Shown here one piece after another: positions 9,907 to 23,593 of a stretch of DNA of 64,000 bases. The DNA lies in assembly GCA_965238005.1 (NCBI GenBank), contig OZ250165.1:2944001-3008000 (forward strand), written 5' to 3'. This DNA comes from Longimicrobiales bacterium. Its GTDB lineage: Bacteria > Gemmatimonadota > Gemmatimonadetes > Longimicrobiales > Gaopeijiaceae. The translations under genes were made by a program, and so were the position numbers. The notes beneath the pieces were generated by a model, which did no database searches, was not told where the DNA came from, and saw only the letters and a program-made list of their open reading frames with translations. Position 1 is the first letter of the stretch. Every line of letters starts with the position of its first letter.

Positions 9907-9971
9907 GCGCCAACCTGTGCCCCACGCCCGGGCGAAGACATGGTCACAAGGGTAACCCGGGGTGGGCACGA

Positions 9972-12900
9972 TCAGCGAAGCAGAGCGTCGTCGGCGATGA
10001 CGAAGCGACCGAACAATCCGAACTGGAACTGCGTCGACCCCGATCGTAGGCCGACGAAAGATCTCCGGTCGGTGTACGAGAGCTGTAGCCGTAGATCGGT
10101 TCCCGACACCGTCGTCTCCAGACGCACCATCAGGCTTCGAATGAGCTCATCGAGAAAGGGCACGCAGTCCGTTCCACCCGCGGTGGTGCGGCAGTGTCTG
10201 TCAGAGGTGAACTGGTAGAGCGCCGACGTCGTCAGGGGCCGCTCGAGACGGTCGGCCCATCCTATGGGGGGGCGGAACGTCCCCGATATCGAAAAGGTGT
10301 GGTTCCGCCTCGTTCGCTCCGTGTCCCCAGTGGGATCCCCTCCCTCTCCCCTGACGAACGATCCCCTGTAGCTGGTGGACAAGCTGCCCCCCCACACTAC
10401 GGCCAAGTCCACGGGAATCCGCTCATCCTGCTGGAAGCGCCGCTGTTGGCCGAATCCACCGAACGCGGTCTCCTGCCTGATCCGCTGAAATCCCGTGGAC
10501 AGGCTTACCCGCCGAAGAAGCGATTGGCTTTCGGGCAACGGGAGGCTGGCCACTGCGGCCGACACGTCGGGCCATGTCTCACGCCTGAGCGTTCGGTCAC
10601 TCCTGGTGTCGAGTGTGTTGGCCTTGCTGAGCCGATAGTTCACGCCCACCTGGAGCGCTGCCGGTAGGCGGACGCCCGAGCGAGCGGCCCATCCGCTCCT
10701 GTCGGTGAGCGTCGTGGCCGTGTCTGCATCCAGGAACCGGTAACCATCCATGTCCGAGAACCCGAACCGATATCCGACCCCGGGGCTGACGGGCCTACGG
10801 TTGAACCGTGAGGTGATGCCTTCCTGATAGGTGATGGAGACCGGATCCACGGATCCGAGCAGCCGGCGCAAGAAACGGCCGAGGCCCGACTCCTCCGAGT
10901 CTTGCGGGGGCGGACCCAACAGGGCGGCCGGGAGGATGGTGAACTGGCCCGTGAAGTCCTTCTGTCCGTTGACGTTGCGCTGGAGGGCCAGAACCGTATC
11001 TCCGCCCTCCAAGCTACGATCCACGAACGTGGCGTTCCGGTCGCTGGAGTAGTACGTCTGCCACCCCAGGTTGGCGCGAAGCCAATCTCCCAGCCGGGGC
11101 TCATAGTTCATCCGGGTCCGAAGCAGCTGATCCGTCTCCCAGCCGAAGTCCAGGCCGAATAGCTCGGAGCGCTCCTCGTCCAGGAGCCCCTGGATTTCGG
11201 TGTCCGTCACGGCCTCCTCGGGAGCCAACAGGTCTCGAATCGACACCAGATCGGCCTGCGCGGTGAGCGCCCGGAAGGGTCGGAAGACGATCTCCATGGC
11301 GCCCTCGAATGACTCCCTCGGCGACAGGGTCGCCTGCAGGAGGGTGTCCCCCGGAGCCTCCACGATCTGGTCGAAGCGAAGGGCCCGCTGGTCTGCCCTT
11401 GCGTACGACGCGCCGAAGGACAGGCGCTCCGGTGTCCACCGAAGGCGGCTGTTCACGATGGCGTCCCCCCACTCCTTCGGGAGGAGCCAGCGGATCACCG
11501 GGCGGAGGAAGCCGGGGATCACCCCGAATTCGCGCCTTCCTACCGCACGGCCGTATCCCACCCGTGCATCCACGCCCTCCGAGGAGCCCTTCGCCGTAAT
11601 CGAGCTCGAGTTCACGGTGTAGTAACCGGCCCGGGCCTCCAGCCCGTCGAGGAGCAGGCCGACAACCGGGTTCGCCGATGGACTCCGTTTCCGGAAGGAG
11701 ATGTCAACGCGGGTTCGGCGAGAGCCCGTCTCTCGAAGATTCTCGACGCTTCCCGCCCTCACGTCGCTTCGGGCGAGGAACTGCGGATCCTGATCGACCT
11801 GGACGTGGGATATCGTCAGCGGAATCTCGACCCCCCAGGTAGCGGGCGTCATGCGCCCGAGGTTGAGGGTCGAATTCAGATTGAATACCCGATCCGCCTG
11901 AAAGGTCGGGTTCTCCTTGAGCTGCCTGAACAAGGCCCCTCGGTTGGTGAAGGTCATGTGGGTCGTCCATACGTCGGAAGCTTCCACGTCCACGCCGAAG
12001 TGCGACGCCACGCCCACGTCCCGAAGGGGGTCGGACAGGCGCATGTCGTTGACCCATACCTCACCGGTGGTCGGCCCCGCGAGCCGGTTCCAGACTCCCA
12101 GTGACAGCTCGCGGACCGCCGCCAGGTTCGGAGCACGAGCCCGGTCCTTCAACACGACTGCATAGGTCGAGTCCCGGGCCCACAGCTCCAACGGTGGATC
12201 TCCGGGCCCCCTGGGGTTGACGATGAGCTCCTCCTCCGCCTCTCGCCGGAGGTTGAGCCACTCGGTGAAGTCCACCACGATCTCCGGCAGCCAGTCCCCC
12301 GGAGTCACGCGATCGGGACTGACCACCCGCGTGAGCGGTGTCCGGTAGAGATAGAAGTTCTCGGCGTCTTCGCCCACCTTCACGAAGAAGGAGACGGGCT
12401 GGGTCGGTCCCCAGTCACCGGCACGGGCCAGGGCCCACAACCGGAGCTCCCCGTAGCCGAGGAAATCCCTGGGACGCTGGGGAAACCGGTTGAAGACCTC
12501 GGCGCGGTCGCCGGACTGGAGGTCCTCGTACTCGAGCTTCAAGCCCTTCTCGTTGAACTCGAGGCCACGGCCTCCGAACGTGGCAGTCGGGTCGTCGAGC
12601 TCCTGGACGACCCCCGGGGGCGCTTGATACCCATCCCCTTCCGTGACTCGGCTGACCGGACCCACCCCTGCGCGTCCCACGAAGCTCGCCGTATCACCCA
12701 CGATCCCCCTCAGGACGCCCGACTCGGTGCGCCTGACCCAGCGGGTTCCCACGATGCGCATTCGGGCGAGCACGAACTGCTGCTCTCTGGCCCCGGCAAC
12801 GGTGATCCGCATGTGCTTCACGGCACGGAAATCCGCCTCGGAGAAGGAGCCCGGCACCTCCGTAGCCCCCGCTCCCCTGAGGGGTACGCGGTAGAGCTGG

Positions 12901-15900
12901 AAGCTGGTACCGGTCTCGGCCCGGGTGCGGACCAAGAAGGGAGAGGAGCCATCCAGACGGACGACGAAGCGCAAATAGCGCTCGAGCGTGTCGAGGTTCC
13001 CGTCCCCGTCCAGGTCTTCCGAGTCCTGCCTCCCGTTTCCCCGCGTGCAGTTGGCGCGTGGGTCTCCGGTGGAGTAGACCGCCGCCGGCTCGGCCTGGCA
13101 CGCCTCGAGCCAAACGCCCCGTTGGTCGGCTTCTTCGCTCCAGATCTCGCCGAGTCGCGGATCGGCCTCGTGGTCCAGGATCCCCCTGCCCCACGGTGTG
13201 CCGTTGCTCTTCACACCGTTGACGCGCCCCTGGGTGTCCACGAACAGGGCGTCCTCCGCTACGATGCCCAGATCGATGACCAGGCTCAGCGAGTCTCCTT
13301 CGGCCACGTAGAACTCCAGGGACTCACTCTTGCTGAGGTCGAGGCCCGTGGCGCTGAGGCTGGTGGACATGGACCGCCACGAGGTTCGGTCGGGGACATC
13401 CTGATTGGGCGTGAAAGAAAAGAGCAGGCCGATCTCCCGAGCCTGGCTGCCCTGGACGTTGATCTGCCGGTCGATGCCGTCCTGGGGGAAGAACCCGGCG
13501 AAAACACCCACACTGTCTTGCCGGACACCCCGAAGCGTCCAGCTGTGCTGCCATACGAGATCCCCCGCGTCCGTCTGGTTCAGCGCCACCGGGAGCACAC
13601 CCTCGGCGCCGTCCCGGAAGCCCGGTGCGCTGCCGTGGAGCCAGTCGTACGAGAAGAGGGAGAGAGAGAGCTCGTTGGACGCGTCGAAGTCGTCGAGGAA
13701 CACGTCGGATCGGATGTTCGGATTCGGAAAGGAAAGGGCCACCTCTCCCTCGACCCCGATGCGCGACGGCCCCCCGACGCGCAAGAACGGGATGCTCTCA
13801 ACCAGGCGGTCGAGCCCCCTGGCCGGAAAGTCGAAGTCCATGCTGAGACCGCTCAGGGTAATGGCCGCCGGCTCCACTCCGAGCTGCGGTCGGTTCACCA
13901 GCGTTCTCTCACGCTGATGGAGGGCGAGGAAGTTGAAGCCGCCCACCTCCCCTGCCGACAGGCGCCCGCTGAGCCCGAAGACGGTGGTGGGCTTCACCTG
14001 GAAGATGGACTTCTGTTCCCAGGAAGCCCGGACGACCGGCTCCGACGCCGTCGCGAAGAGAACCTCCGGCTGGATGAGCGTCACCTGGCCGATGGAGTAG
14101 TCGATCTCGTAGTCGACGCCGCGAGCCAGAAGGCGGTCCCCCAAGAAGATCCTCTCCGAGTCGTCGCGGATACCGATGGCTCCCAGGGAGAAGGAAGAGA
14201 TAACCCCCCTGCTCCGCAGCTCGAAGGGGATGGTCAGGCGGTAGAGTCCCCCGCTTTCCCTCCGAAAGGGGTCCTCCTCTTGGTAGATGGTGGGGTTCCC
14301 GTCGGCCCCGAGAATCTGCGCCGCCTCGACGTCACTGAGCCCCAGGGACTCGATGGGCGGTGGGATCTGGAAGGGTCGGAGGGTCGGAAAGACGATGAAC
14401 ACACCAGGAATCACCGGTTGCTCCTGGAAGACATCCAGGGCCGGCTTGTACACACCCGCCGCGTCGAGGACGTCCACCGGCGATTCCTCGTCCAGGCCGA
14501 AGAGGCGCAGGAAGGTGATGTCCCTGCCGCCGAGATCGCGCTTGAACGTTCGCCCCGCGCTGAGCTCACCCAACGAGATGGTCAGCTGCACCGAGCTCGG
14601 ATCCACGTCGGGCGAGGAGGAGATCCGGTATACCTGGTGCATCTCCAGGTCCCACGTGGGCCGGCCGGGACGGTGATTGGCCCTCGACGCCTTGAGCAGC
14701 TTGAGGCGGGGGCGTCCCCCTTCGTTGTAGACCCGTTCGGGGTTGTACGTACCGATGGTGTCGCCAGTGGCCGTGACGTAGGTCACGGCGAGCATCTCGT
14801 CCCGCCGCAGAGGCTGGCGGAGGGCCAGCCAGAGCCCGCTCGAGTGGACGGAGTAGTCGACACCGGGCTGTAGGAAGCGGAACCACCCCGACTCCTCGAC
14901 GGTGTCGCCATCCTTGGTGGCGAAGCCGTCGGCCTGTATGAGGCCTTCGATCTGCTGGCGGGTCACCGGGTCCGTCTCGAAGCGGTAGACCTGGATCGGT
15001 GCCACCCCCGGCGATAGGGCCGCGGGCCCGGACGAAAGGTCGAGCGAAAGCACGTCGATGTGCGGACTGCGATCGATGAACTCGGGATCCACCAAAAAGA
15101 AGAACTGCCCGCGGACGTAGTCGGCGTCGTCGAGGACCAGAGTATCAACCTGCACGAAGCCCTCCTGCCCGGGGCCTCCGCTGAGGCGGAACTCCCGCCT
15201 GGACAGGTCACCCTGCTGCTGGGCCCATACGCCGTCTAACTCGAGCGGTCCCAACTGGCCCGACGCCAGGAATCCGAAGTTCCCGGCAGGGATGCCCTCG
15301 GTGAGGAAGTGGGAAGCCGGAAGATCGAACGTGATGTCGCCCAATTCGAGGTGCTGCAGTACCTCGTCCTCTTCACCCTCGTAGAAGATGTTGATGTTGT
15401 TCGCCGCGGAGAACTCGCGGGCCTGGTCGAAGTCCACGTCCAACCTGATGCGCTCCGCTATGGTGCCCTGGGCCCGCACGGCGAATTGGATGTCCGGGTC
15501 GAGCTGCGGCAGCAGGCCGGGGTCGCAAGAGAACTGGACCCGCGTGTCACAGGGTCGAAAGCGCGTCCAGTCGCCCCCCAACTCGGCCTGTCCCACGATC
15601 TCGACGTCCAGGTCCGCCAGCCCACCGACCGGGAGTGACGCATCGCTTTCCCCAGACACCGGTCTCCGAGCCCTCTCGGGGGCGGACGGCTCGAACAATG
15701 CCATCCGCTGCAGCGTGAGGCGCCGCCGCATGAGCGTGGGCCCCGGAGCGACCAGCCAGCGCGACGCGATGGGTATGGGACCTCCCCGGACGACGGCCGG
15801 GACCTCGAGCTCGAACGGAACCAGCGGTAGGACCGGTTTTAGGCCGAGTCGTGCCACTGGGGCCGGAGCCGCTCCGGAACGGCCCGGGAAGGCCGCGAGA

Positions 15901-16028
15901 AACACCGGCAGCTCCAGCCGAGGCGGGCGCCACAGCACCGTATCCTGGACCGACTCGACCACGAGACCACGACCGGGCAAAGGCACGGAAAGCGTAAGGG
16001 CCAGAAGGGCAGTAGTCGGCAGCATCAC
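9972..16028 (-). CDS. Giant outer-membrane beta-barrel, SprA-like (T9SS translocon homologue)
   Basis: 2018 aa with signal peptide. SprA-like segments seen by eye: NNINIFYEGEEDEVLQHLELGDITF, LARGVDYEIDYSIGQVT, GEVALSFPNPN..VFLDDF, GEVWVNDMRL. C-terminal half is rich in alternating beta-strand patterns. Confidence 0.75.
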   Translation of the reverse strand: MMLPTTALLALTLSVPLPGRGLVVESVQDTVLWRPPRLELPVFLAAFPGRSGAAPAPVARLGLKPVLPLVPFELEVPAVVRGGPIPIASRWLVAPGPTLMRRRLTLQRMALFEPSAPERARRPVSGESDASLPVGGLADLDVEIVGQAELGGDWTRFRPCDTRVQFSCDPGLLPQLDPDIQFAVRAQGTIAERIRLDVDFDQAREFSAANNINIFYEGEEDEVLQHLELGDITFDLPASHFLTEGIPAGNFGFLASGQLGPLELDGVWAQQQGDLSRREFRLSGGPGQEGFVQVDTLVLDDADYVRGQFFFLVDPEFIDRSPHIDVLSLDLSSGPAALSPGVAPIQVYRFETDPVTRQQIEGLIQADGFATKDGDTVEESGWFRFLQPGVDYSVHSSGLWLALRQPLRRDEMLAVTYVTATGDTIGTYNPERVYNEGGRPRLKLLKASRANHRPGRPTWDLEMHQVYRISSSPDVDPSSVQLTISLGELSAGRTFKRDLGGRDITFLRLFGLDEESPVDVLDAAGVYKPALDVFQEQPVIPGVFIVFPTLRPFQIPPPIESLGLSDVEAAQILGADGNPTIYQEEDPFRRESGGLYRLTIPFELRSRGVISSFSLGAIGIRDDSERIFLGDRLLARGVDYEIDYSIGQVTLIQPEVLFATASEPVVRASWEQKSIFQVKPTTVFGLSGRLSAGEVGGFNFLALHQRERTLVNRPQLGVEPAAITLSGLSMDFDFPARGLDRLVESIPFLRVGGPSRIGVEGEVALSFPNPNIRSDVFLDDFDASNELSLSLFSYDWLHGSAPGFRDGAEGVLPVALNQTDAGDLVWQHSWTLRGVRQDSVGVFAGFFPQDGIDRQINVQGSQAREIGLLFSFTPNQDVPDRTSWRSMSTSLSATGLDLSKSESLEFYVAEGDSLSLVIDLGIVAEDALFVDTQGRVNGVKSNGTPWGRGILDHEADPRLGEIWSEEADQRGVWLEACQAEPAAVYSTGDPRANCTRGNGRQDSEDLDGDGNLDTLERYLRFVVRLDGSSPFLVRTRAETGTSFQLYRVPLRGAGATEVPGSFSEADFRAVKHMRITVAGAREQQFVLARMRIVGTRWVRRTESGVLRGIVGDTASFVGRAGVGPVSRVTEGDGYQAPPGVVQELDDPTATFGGRGLEFNEKGLKLEYEDLQSGDRAEVFNRFPQRPRDFLGYGELRLWALARAGDWGPTQPVSFFVKVGEDAENFYLYRTPLTRVVSPDRVTPGDWLPEIVVDFTEWLNLRREAEEELIVNPRGPGDPPLELWARDSTYAVVLKDRARAPNLAAVRELSLGVWNRLAGPTTGEVWVNDMRLSDPLRDVGVASHFGVDVEASDVWTTHMTFTNRGALFRQLKENPTFQADRVFNLNSTLNLGRMTPATWGVEIPLTISHVQVDQDPQFLARSDVRAGSVENLRETGSRRTRVDISFRKRSPSANPVVGLLLDGLEARAGYYTVNSSSITAKGSSEGVDARVGYGRAVGRREFGVIPGFLRPVIRWLLPKEWGDAIVNSRLRWTPERLSFGASYARADQRALRFDQIVEAPGDTLLQATLSPRESFEGAMEIVFRPFRALTAQADLVSIRDLLAPEEAVTDTEIQGLLDEERSELFGLDFGWETDQLLRTRMNYEPRLGDWLRANLGWQTYYSSDRNATFVDRSLEGGDTVLALQRNVNGQKDFTGQFTILPAALLGPPPQDSEESGLGRFLRRLLGSVDPVSITYQEGITSRFNRRPVSPGVGYRFGFSDMDGYRFLDADTATTLTDRSGWAARSGVRLPAALQVGVNYRLSKANTLDTRSDRTLRRETWPDVSAAVASLPLPESQSLLRRVSLSTGFQRIRQETAFGGFGQQRRFQQDERIPVDLAVVWGGSLSTSYRGSFVRGEGGDPTGDTERTRRNHTFSISGTFRPPIGWADRLERPLTTSALYQFTSDRHCRTTAGGTDCVPFLDELIRSLMVRLETTVSGTDLRLQLSYTDRRSFVGLRSGSTQFQFGLFGRFVIADDALLR

Positions 16029-16079
16029 AAGGTGGTCATGCCGGGATCGGATGCCGGATTACGGTGTAGGTGTGTTCGA

Positions 16080-17525
16080 ATGGGGATTATCACCAGGTAT
16101 CTAATCCGTGCTCACGCGGGGCCGTTTCTCTTTGCGTTCTCGGCCTTGACCGGGCTCCTCTTCCTGAACGCTGTAGCTCAGCGGATGGACAGCCTCGTCG
16201 GTAAGGGTCTGCCGTGGAGTGTCATCGGAGAGTTCCTACTGCTCTCCCTACCCCACACGATCGCTCTGACTCTCCCCATGGCCATCCTCGTCTCGGTGCT
16301 TTACACCTTCAGTGAGCTTACTGCCGCCAACGAGATTACCGCCATGTCCGCCGGCGGAATCAAGCCCATCCGTATGCTGAGCCCCCTCCTGGGAGTCGGC
16401 ATCATCCTGGCAGGGGTGATGTATTTTTTCAACGATCAGGTGCTGCCCGCGGCCAATCACCAGCTCAAGAACCTCATCATCGACATCGGGAAGAAGAGCC
16501 CGACCCTGGAGCTTCGGGAGCGGGTCATCAACCGTCTCCAGACGGAATCCCGGTCGGGCACAGTCTACCTGCAGGCGGCCACCATCGATCCCGTCACCAA
16601 CGAGATGACCGACGTGGTCATCTACGACTTGAGCGACCCCTACGCCCACCGAACCACGTACGCCCTCAGCGGAAAGATGGAGTTCAACGAGGGGCGCACC
16701 GACCTCTATTTGACGCTGTACGACGGTGAGGTCCGGGAGGTGGGAAAGGACCGATTCGGCGAGTTCAAGCGATCGGAGTTCAAGATCCAGATCGTTCCCC
16801 TGAGGGGGGTGGGCGACGAGTTGGAGCGTCAGCAGGGCGGGACCATTCGGAGTGATCGGGAGATGTCCGTCGGCATGCTCCGGGAGGAGGTCGCGGACCG
16901 AGTCGCAGAGATGAAGCGGGTGCAGGAGAGCGGCTATGAGCGAGCCCGAATGGCTCTCGATCAGGCCCTCGGCCTCCCCCCGGAAGGCTCACCCAACCCG
17001 TATCAGGTGGCCTTCAACCCGGAGGCCGATGAGGATGACGACGACGTGGCCGGCGAGGAGTTCCTCGCCTCCAAGGACGACGTGACCCGGCGGCTCGCCC
17101 AGACCGGTCGTCAGAATCACGGCCAGTTGTACGCGATGCAGTCCGCCATCGACCGGTTCCGGGTCGAGATCCACAAGAAGTTCGCCATCGCCTTCGCGTG
17201 CATCGTGTTCGTCCTGATCGGTGCTCCCCTGGCGATCCGCTTCCCGCGAGGGGGAGTCGGGATGGTGATCGCCGTCTCGGTAGGGATCTTCGCCGTGTAC
17301 TGGGCCGGCCTGATCGGTGGCGAGAACCTGGCGGATGAAGGGGTGGTTCCGCCCTTCTGGGCCATGTGGGCCCCCGACCTGGTGTTCCTGGTCCTGGGGA
17401 TATTCCTCGTAGCGCGCATGGGTCGAGCCGGTGGTGCGAACCGGGGTGGGGGCTTGGACGAGGCCCTCTTCGCCGTGGGAGACTTCATCCGCCGCAGGGT
17501 GAGACCGCGGCGCGCCTCAGCATGA
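16080..17525 (+). CDS. lptF: LPS export ABC permease, LptF/LptG family
   Basis: MGIITRYL, LTLPMAILVSVL..F..L....EITAM.AGGI, EIHKKFAIAFACIVFVLIGAPL, WAMWAPD. Confidence 0.85.
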   Translation: MGIITRYLIRAHAGPFLFAFSALTGLLFLNAVAQRMDSLVGKGLPWSVIGEFLLLSLPHTIALTLPMAILVSVLYTFSELTAANEITAMSAGGIKPIRMLSPLLGVGIILAGVMYFFNDQVLPAANHQLKNLIIDIGKKSPTLELRERVINRLQTESRSGTVYLQAATIDPVTNEMTDVVIYDLSDPYAHRTTYALSGKMEFNEGRTDLYLTLYDGEVREVGKDRFGEFKRSEFKIQIVPLRGVGDELERQQGGTIRSDREMSVGMLREEVADRVAEMKRVQESGYERARMALDQALGLPPEGSPNPYQVAFNPEADEDDDDVAGEEFLASKDDVTRRLAQTGRQNHGQLYAMQSAIDRFRVEIHKKFAIAFACIVFVLIGAPLAIRFPRGGVGMVIAVSVGIFAVYWAGLIGGENLADEGVVPPFWAMWAPDLVFLVLGIFLVARMGRAGGANRGGGLDEALFAVGDFIRRRVRPRRASA

Positions 17526-18595
17526 TCCGCATCCTCGACCTGCTCATCGCCCGGACCTTTCTGCGCATTTTTGCCCTGTTCATCGTCGGGGCCCCCCTGC
17601 TCTTCGTCGTGGGCAACATCGTCGAGAATGTGGACCGCTACTTCGACCGGGGCCTCACCGCCAAGGAGGTGGCCTGGGCGTACGTGTACCAGTTTCCCGA
17701 GTACATCTCCTGGTCCTTTCCCATCGCCGCCCTCATCGCGGCGGTCTTCACGATCCACTCCATGACGCAGCACCGGGAGGTCATGGCCGCCAAGGCCGGG
17801 GGGATCTCGTTCCACAGGCTCATGGTCCCCCTCCTCGTGATGGGTCTGGCGCTGACCGGCGCCGGTCTCCTGCTCAACGAGGTGGTGCCCGTGGCGAAGC
17901 GCCGCGCCGGGCAGATCCTCCGCAGTGAGGACCCCAGACGACGATGGCGAGCCGACTTCGTCTTCAAGGCCGATGACGAACGGACCCTTACGGTGCGGCG
18001 GTTGAACGTGGAGCCGGCGAGTCTGCGTGAGGTGGTCATGGAGGTCCCGAAGGGGCCATCGGGACAGCCGGCCGAGCACGTTTCGGCCAGGGAGGTCCCT
18101 TTCGACACCATCCACGGGTGGACCTTCAAGGACGGTTACCTCCGGATCCTCCCCGACGACCGGCCGGCCCTGACCTTCTACTTCGACTCTCTTCGCACGC
18201 GGGGCTTCGGCGAGCACCCGGCCAACCTTCTCGAACAGCCCCGCGATGAAGACGAGATGACCGTGGCGGAGATCGATCGCATGGCGGCCAACATCAGCCG
18301 TTCGGGCGGCGACCCCAGCAGGCTCCTCGTGAAGCGGGAGCAGCGCAGAGCCATCGCGGTGGCGACGCTGGTGATCATCCTCTTCGGCGGGCCGCTCGCG
18401 ACGACCTCACGACGGGGCGGTGCGGCCTACGGCATCGGCGTGGCGCTGGGATCGACGATCCTCTACCTGCTCTTGTTCAGGCTCGCGGGGGCAGCCGGAC
18501 GGACGGGAGCCATGTCGCCGCTTCTCTCGGCGTGGTTGCCCAACTTCATGTTCCTGGCGTGTGGCCTGGTTCTGCTCAAGCGCGTGAGGACCTAG
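17522..18595 (+). CDS. lptG: LPS export ABC permease, LptF/LptG family
   Basis: MIRILD, FPIAALIA.VF....M....EVMAAKAGGIS, SAWLPN; ATGA overlap with the upstream paralogue. Confidence 0.85.
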   Translation: MIRILDLLIARTFLRIFALFIVGAPLLFVVGNIVENVDRYFDRGLTAKEVAWAYVYQFPEYISWSFPIAALIAAVFTIHSMTQHREVMAAKAGGISFHRLMVPLLVMGLALTGAGLLLNEVVPVAKRRAGQILRSEDPRRRWRADFVFKADDERTLTVRRLNVEPASLREVVMEVPKGPSGQPAEHVSAREVPFDTIHGWTFKDGYLRILPDDRPALTFYFDSLRTRGFGEHPANLLEQPRDEDEMTVAEIDRMAANISRSGGDPSRLLVKREQRRAIAVATLVIILFGGPLATTSRRGGAAYGIGVALGSTILYLLLFRLAGAAGRTGAMSPLLSAWLPNFMFLACGLVLLKRVRT

Positions 18596-18603
18596 GAGGC
18601 ACC

Positions 18604-18621
18604 GGAGCCGCGCACGGCTCC
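18604..18621. terminator. Hairpin between convergent lptG and dapF
   Basis: ggagccg-cgca-cggctcc perfect 7-bp stem with no U tract. Confidence 0.3.
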
Positions 18622-19517
18622 TAGCAAGCCTCGAGCTCCTCCAGGAATCCAGGGGTGAGTCGACCCCGGTATATCTCCTGGACCGGTCCCCTCAGCGTGA
18701 CGTCCGATTCGCCACTTACCGTCACCTCCAGGCTCCCGCCCTCCATGCGGACCGCGTAGGCACCGGGCTCTCCCCTGCCCGACTTCACCGTGGCCGCCGC
18801 CACCGCGCAGGCGGACGTGCCCGACGCGGAGGTGGGCCCCACGCCCCTCTCCCAGACGCGAGCCTCGACCAAACCGTGACCGAGAACGCGGGCCATCTGC
18901 ACGTTGGTCCCGGCGGCGAACGCCCTGTGGGTCGAGATCAATGGCCCGATCACGTCCAGCCTTTCGGGAGCCCACACTTCGGGAAACACCACAGCGTGTG
19001 GATTGCCCACCGAAACCAGCTCGAGAACATGAGCACCCGCCGAGCCGAGATCGATCCGTCCCTCGGCGTCGAGGGCGGCCGGATCGAGGCCTACCGCTTC
19101 GGGGCCGTATCCTATACGGCCCATATCGACGGACACGTCGTACACGCCCCTCCCCGTATGCCCAAGGACATGTAGCTGGACGGTGTCGCCACCCACCTCG
19201 ACGTCGAAGGGCTCCCCAGCTACGAGACCCTCCGCCGCCAGATACGATGCGAGGATGCGGAGCCCGTTGCCGCTACGCTCGAACTCGGAGCCGTCGGGAT
19301 TGAACATGCGGAGCCGGAACGGCGGCCCCTCGCGGTCCAGGAGGACCACGATGCCGTCGCTCCCTGGACCTCTCCAGCGGTCACAGACGACTGCGATGCT
19401 CTCCGGCCGGATGGCCCAGTCGCTCCCGGCATCGAACACGATGTAGTCGTTGCCGAGGCCATGGCCCTTGAAGAGTCCGGACCCTGCGTGGAGGGCCCCA
19501 CGCGCAGTGAGCGTCAC
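18621..19517 (-). CDS. dapF: Diaminopimelate epimerase family protein with Ser in place of both catalytic Cys
   Basis: KGHGLGNDY, G.GSDG, FNPDGSEFERSGNG, VSVGNPH, TNV, VWERGVGPTSASGTSAC. Start at GTG 19517 is uncertain. Confidence 0.82.
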   Translation of the reverse strand: MTLTARGALHAGSGLFKGHGLGNDYIVFDAGSDWAIRPESIAVVCDRWRGPGSDGIVVLLDREGPPFRLRMFNPDGSEFERSGNGLRILASYLAAEGLVAGEPFDVEVGGDTVQLHVLGHTGRGVYDVSVDMGRIGYGPEAVGLDPAALDAEGRIDLGSAGAHVLELVSVGNPHAVVFPEVWAPERLDVIGPLISTHRAFAAGTNVQMARVLGHGLVEARVWERGVGPTSASGTSACAVAAATVKSGRGEPGAYAVRMEGGSLEVTVSGESDVTLRGPVQEIYRGRLTPGFLEELEAC

Positions 19518-19879
19518 AGCCGATTCCCACCGTTCAGCTTTCTCATCAAACCGCCGATCCCCGTGGAGCGTCGTCGCGACGACGTCGCGGTGACCGGGAC
19601 AGGGATGATCGAATCGTGGCCGACAACACATACAACAACAAGTGGGATTCAATATACATGAGGACCGCCCTACTCCGGGGTCTGGGGGGCAGGCCTAGGA
19701 ATTCCGGAGGTACGGCACTAGCTTTTTCGGACACAATTCGGACGGGGTCATTTGTGGCGTATTGCGGCCCGACACAAAACCGCTAAAAAGCCAGACCTCG
19801 ACGCTGTCGGTTCGCGACGAGGTTTTGAATTTTCGGATCCCCTTCCGAGCGTCCACATGGGAGGTGCGAGACGATTCCG

Positions 19880-23589
<3,710 letters not shown>

Positions 23590-23593
<4 letters not shown>

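Noticed and set aside
12624..14873. 749-aa plus-strand ORF and other long antisense ORFs (for example 3224-4564, 21734-23461, 27878-29119, 58706-60373)
   Set aside because: Shadow frames opposite well-supported genes, expected in high-GC DNA; no recognisable motifs.
19520..19879. SAM or cobalamin riboswitch upstream of metH
   Set aside because: I could not find SAM-I core elements or a B12 box. A perfect 16-bp palindrome (19569-19584) is present but is GC-rich and low-complexity. An Rfam scan would settle it.
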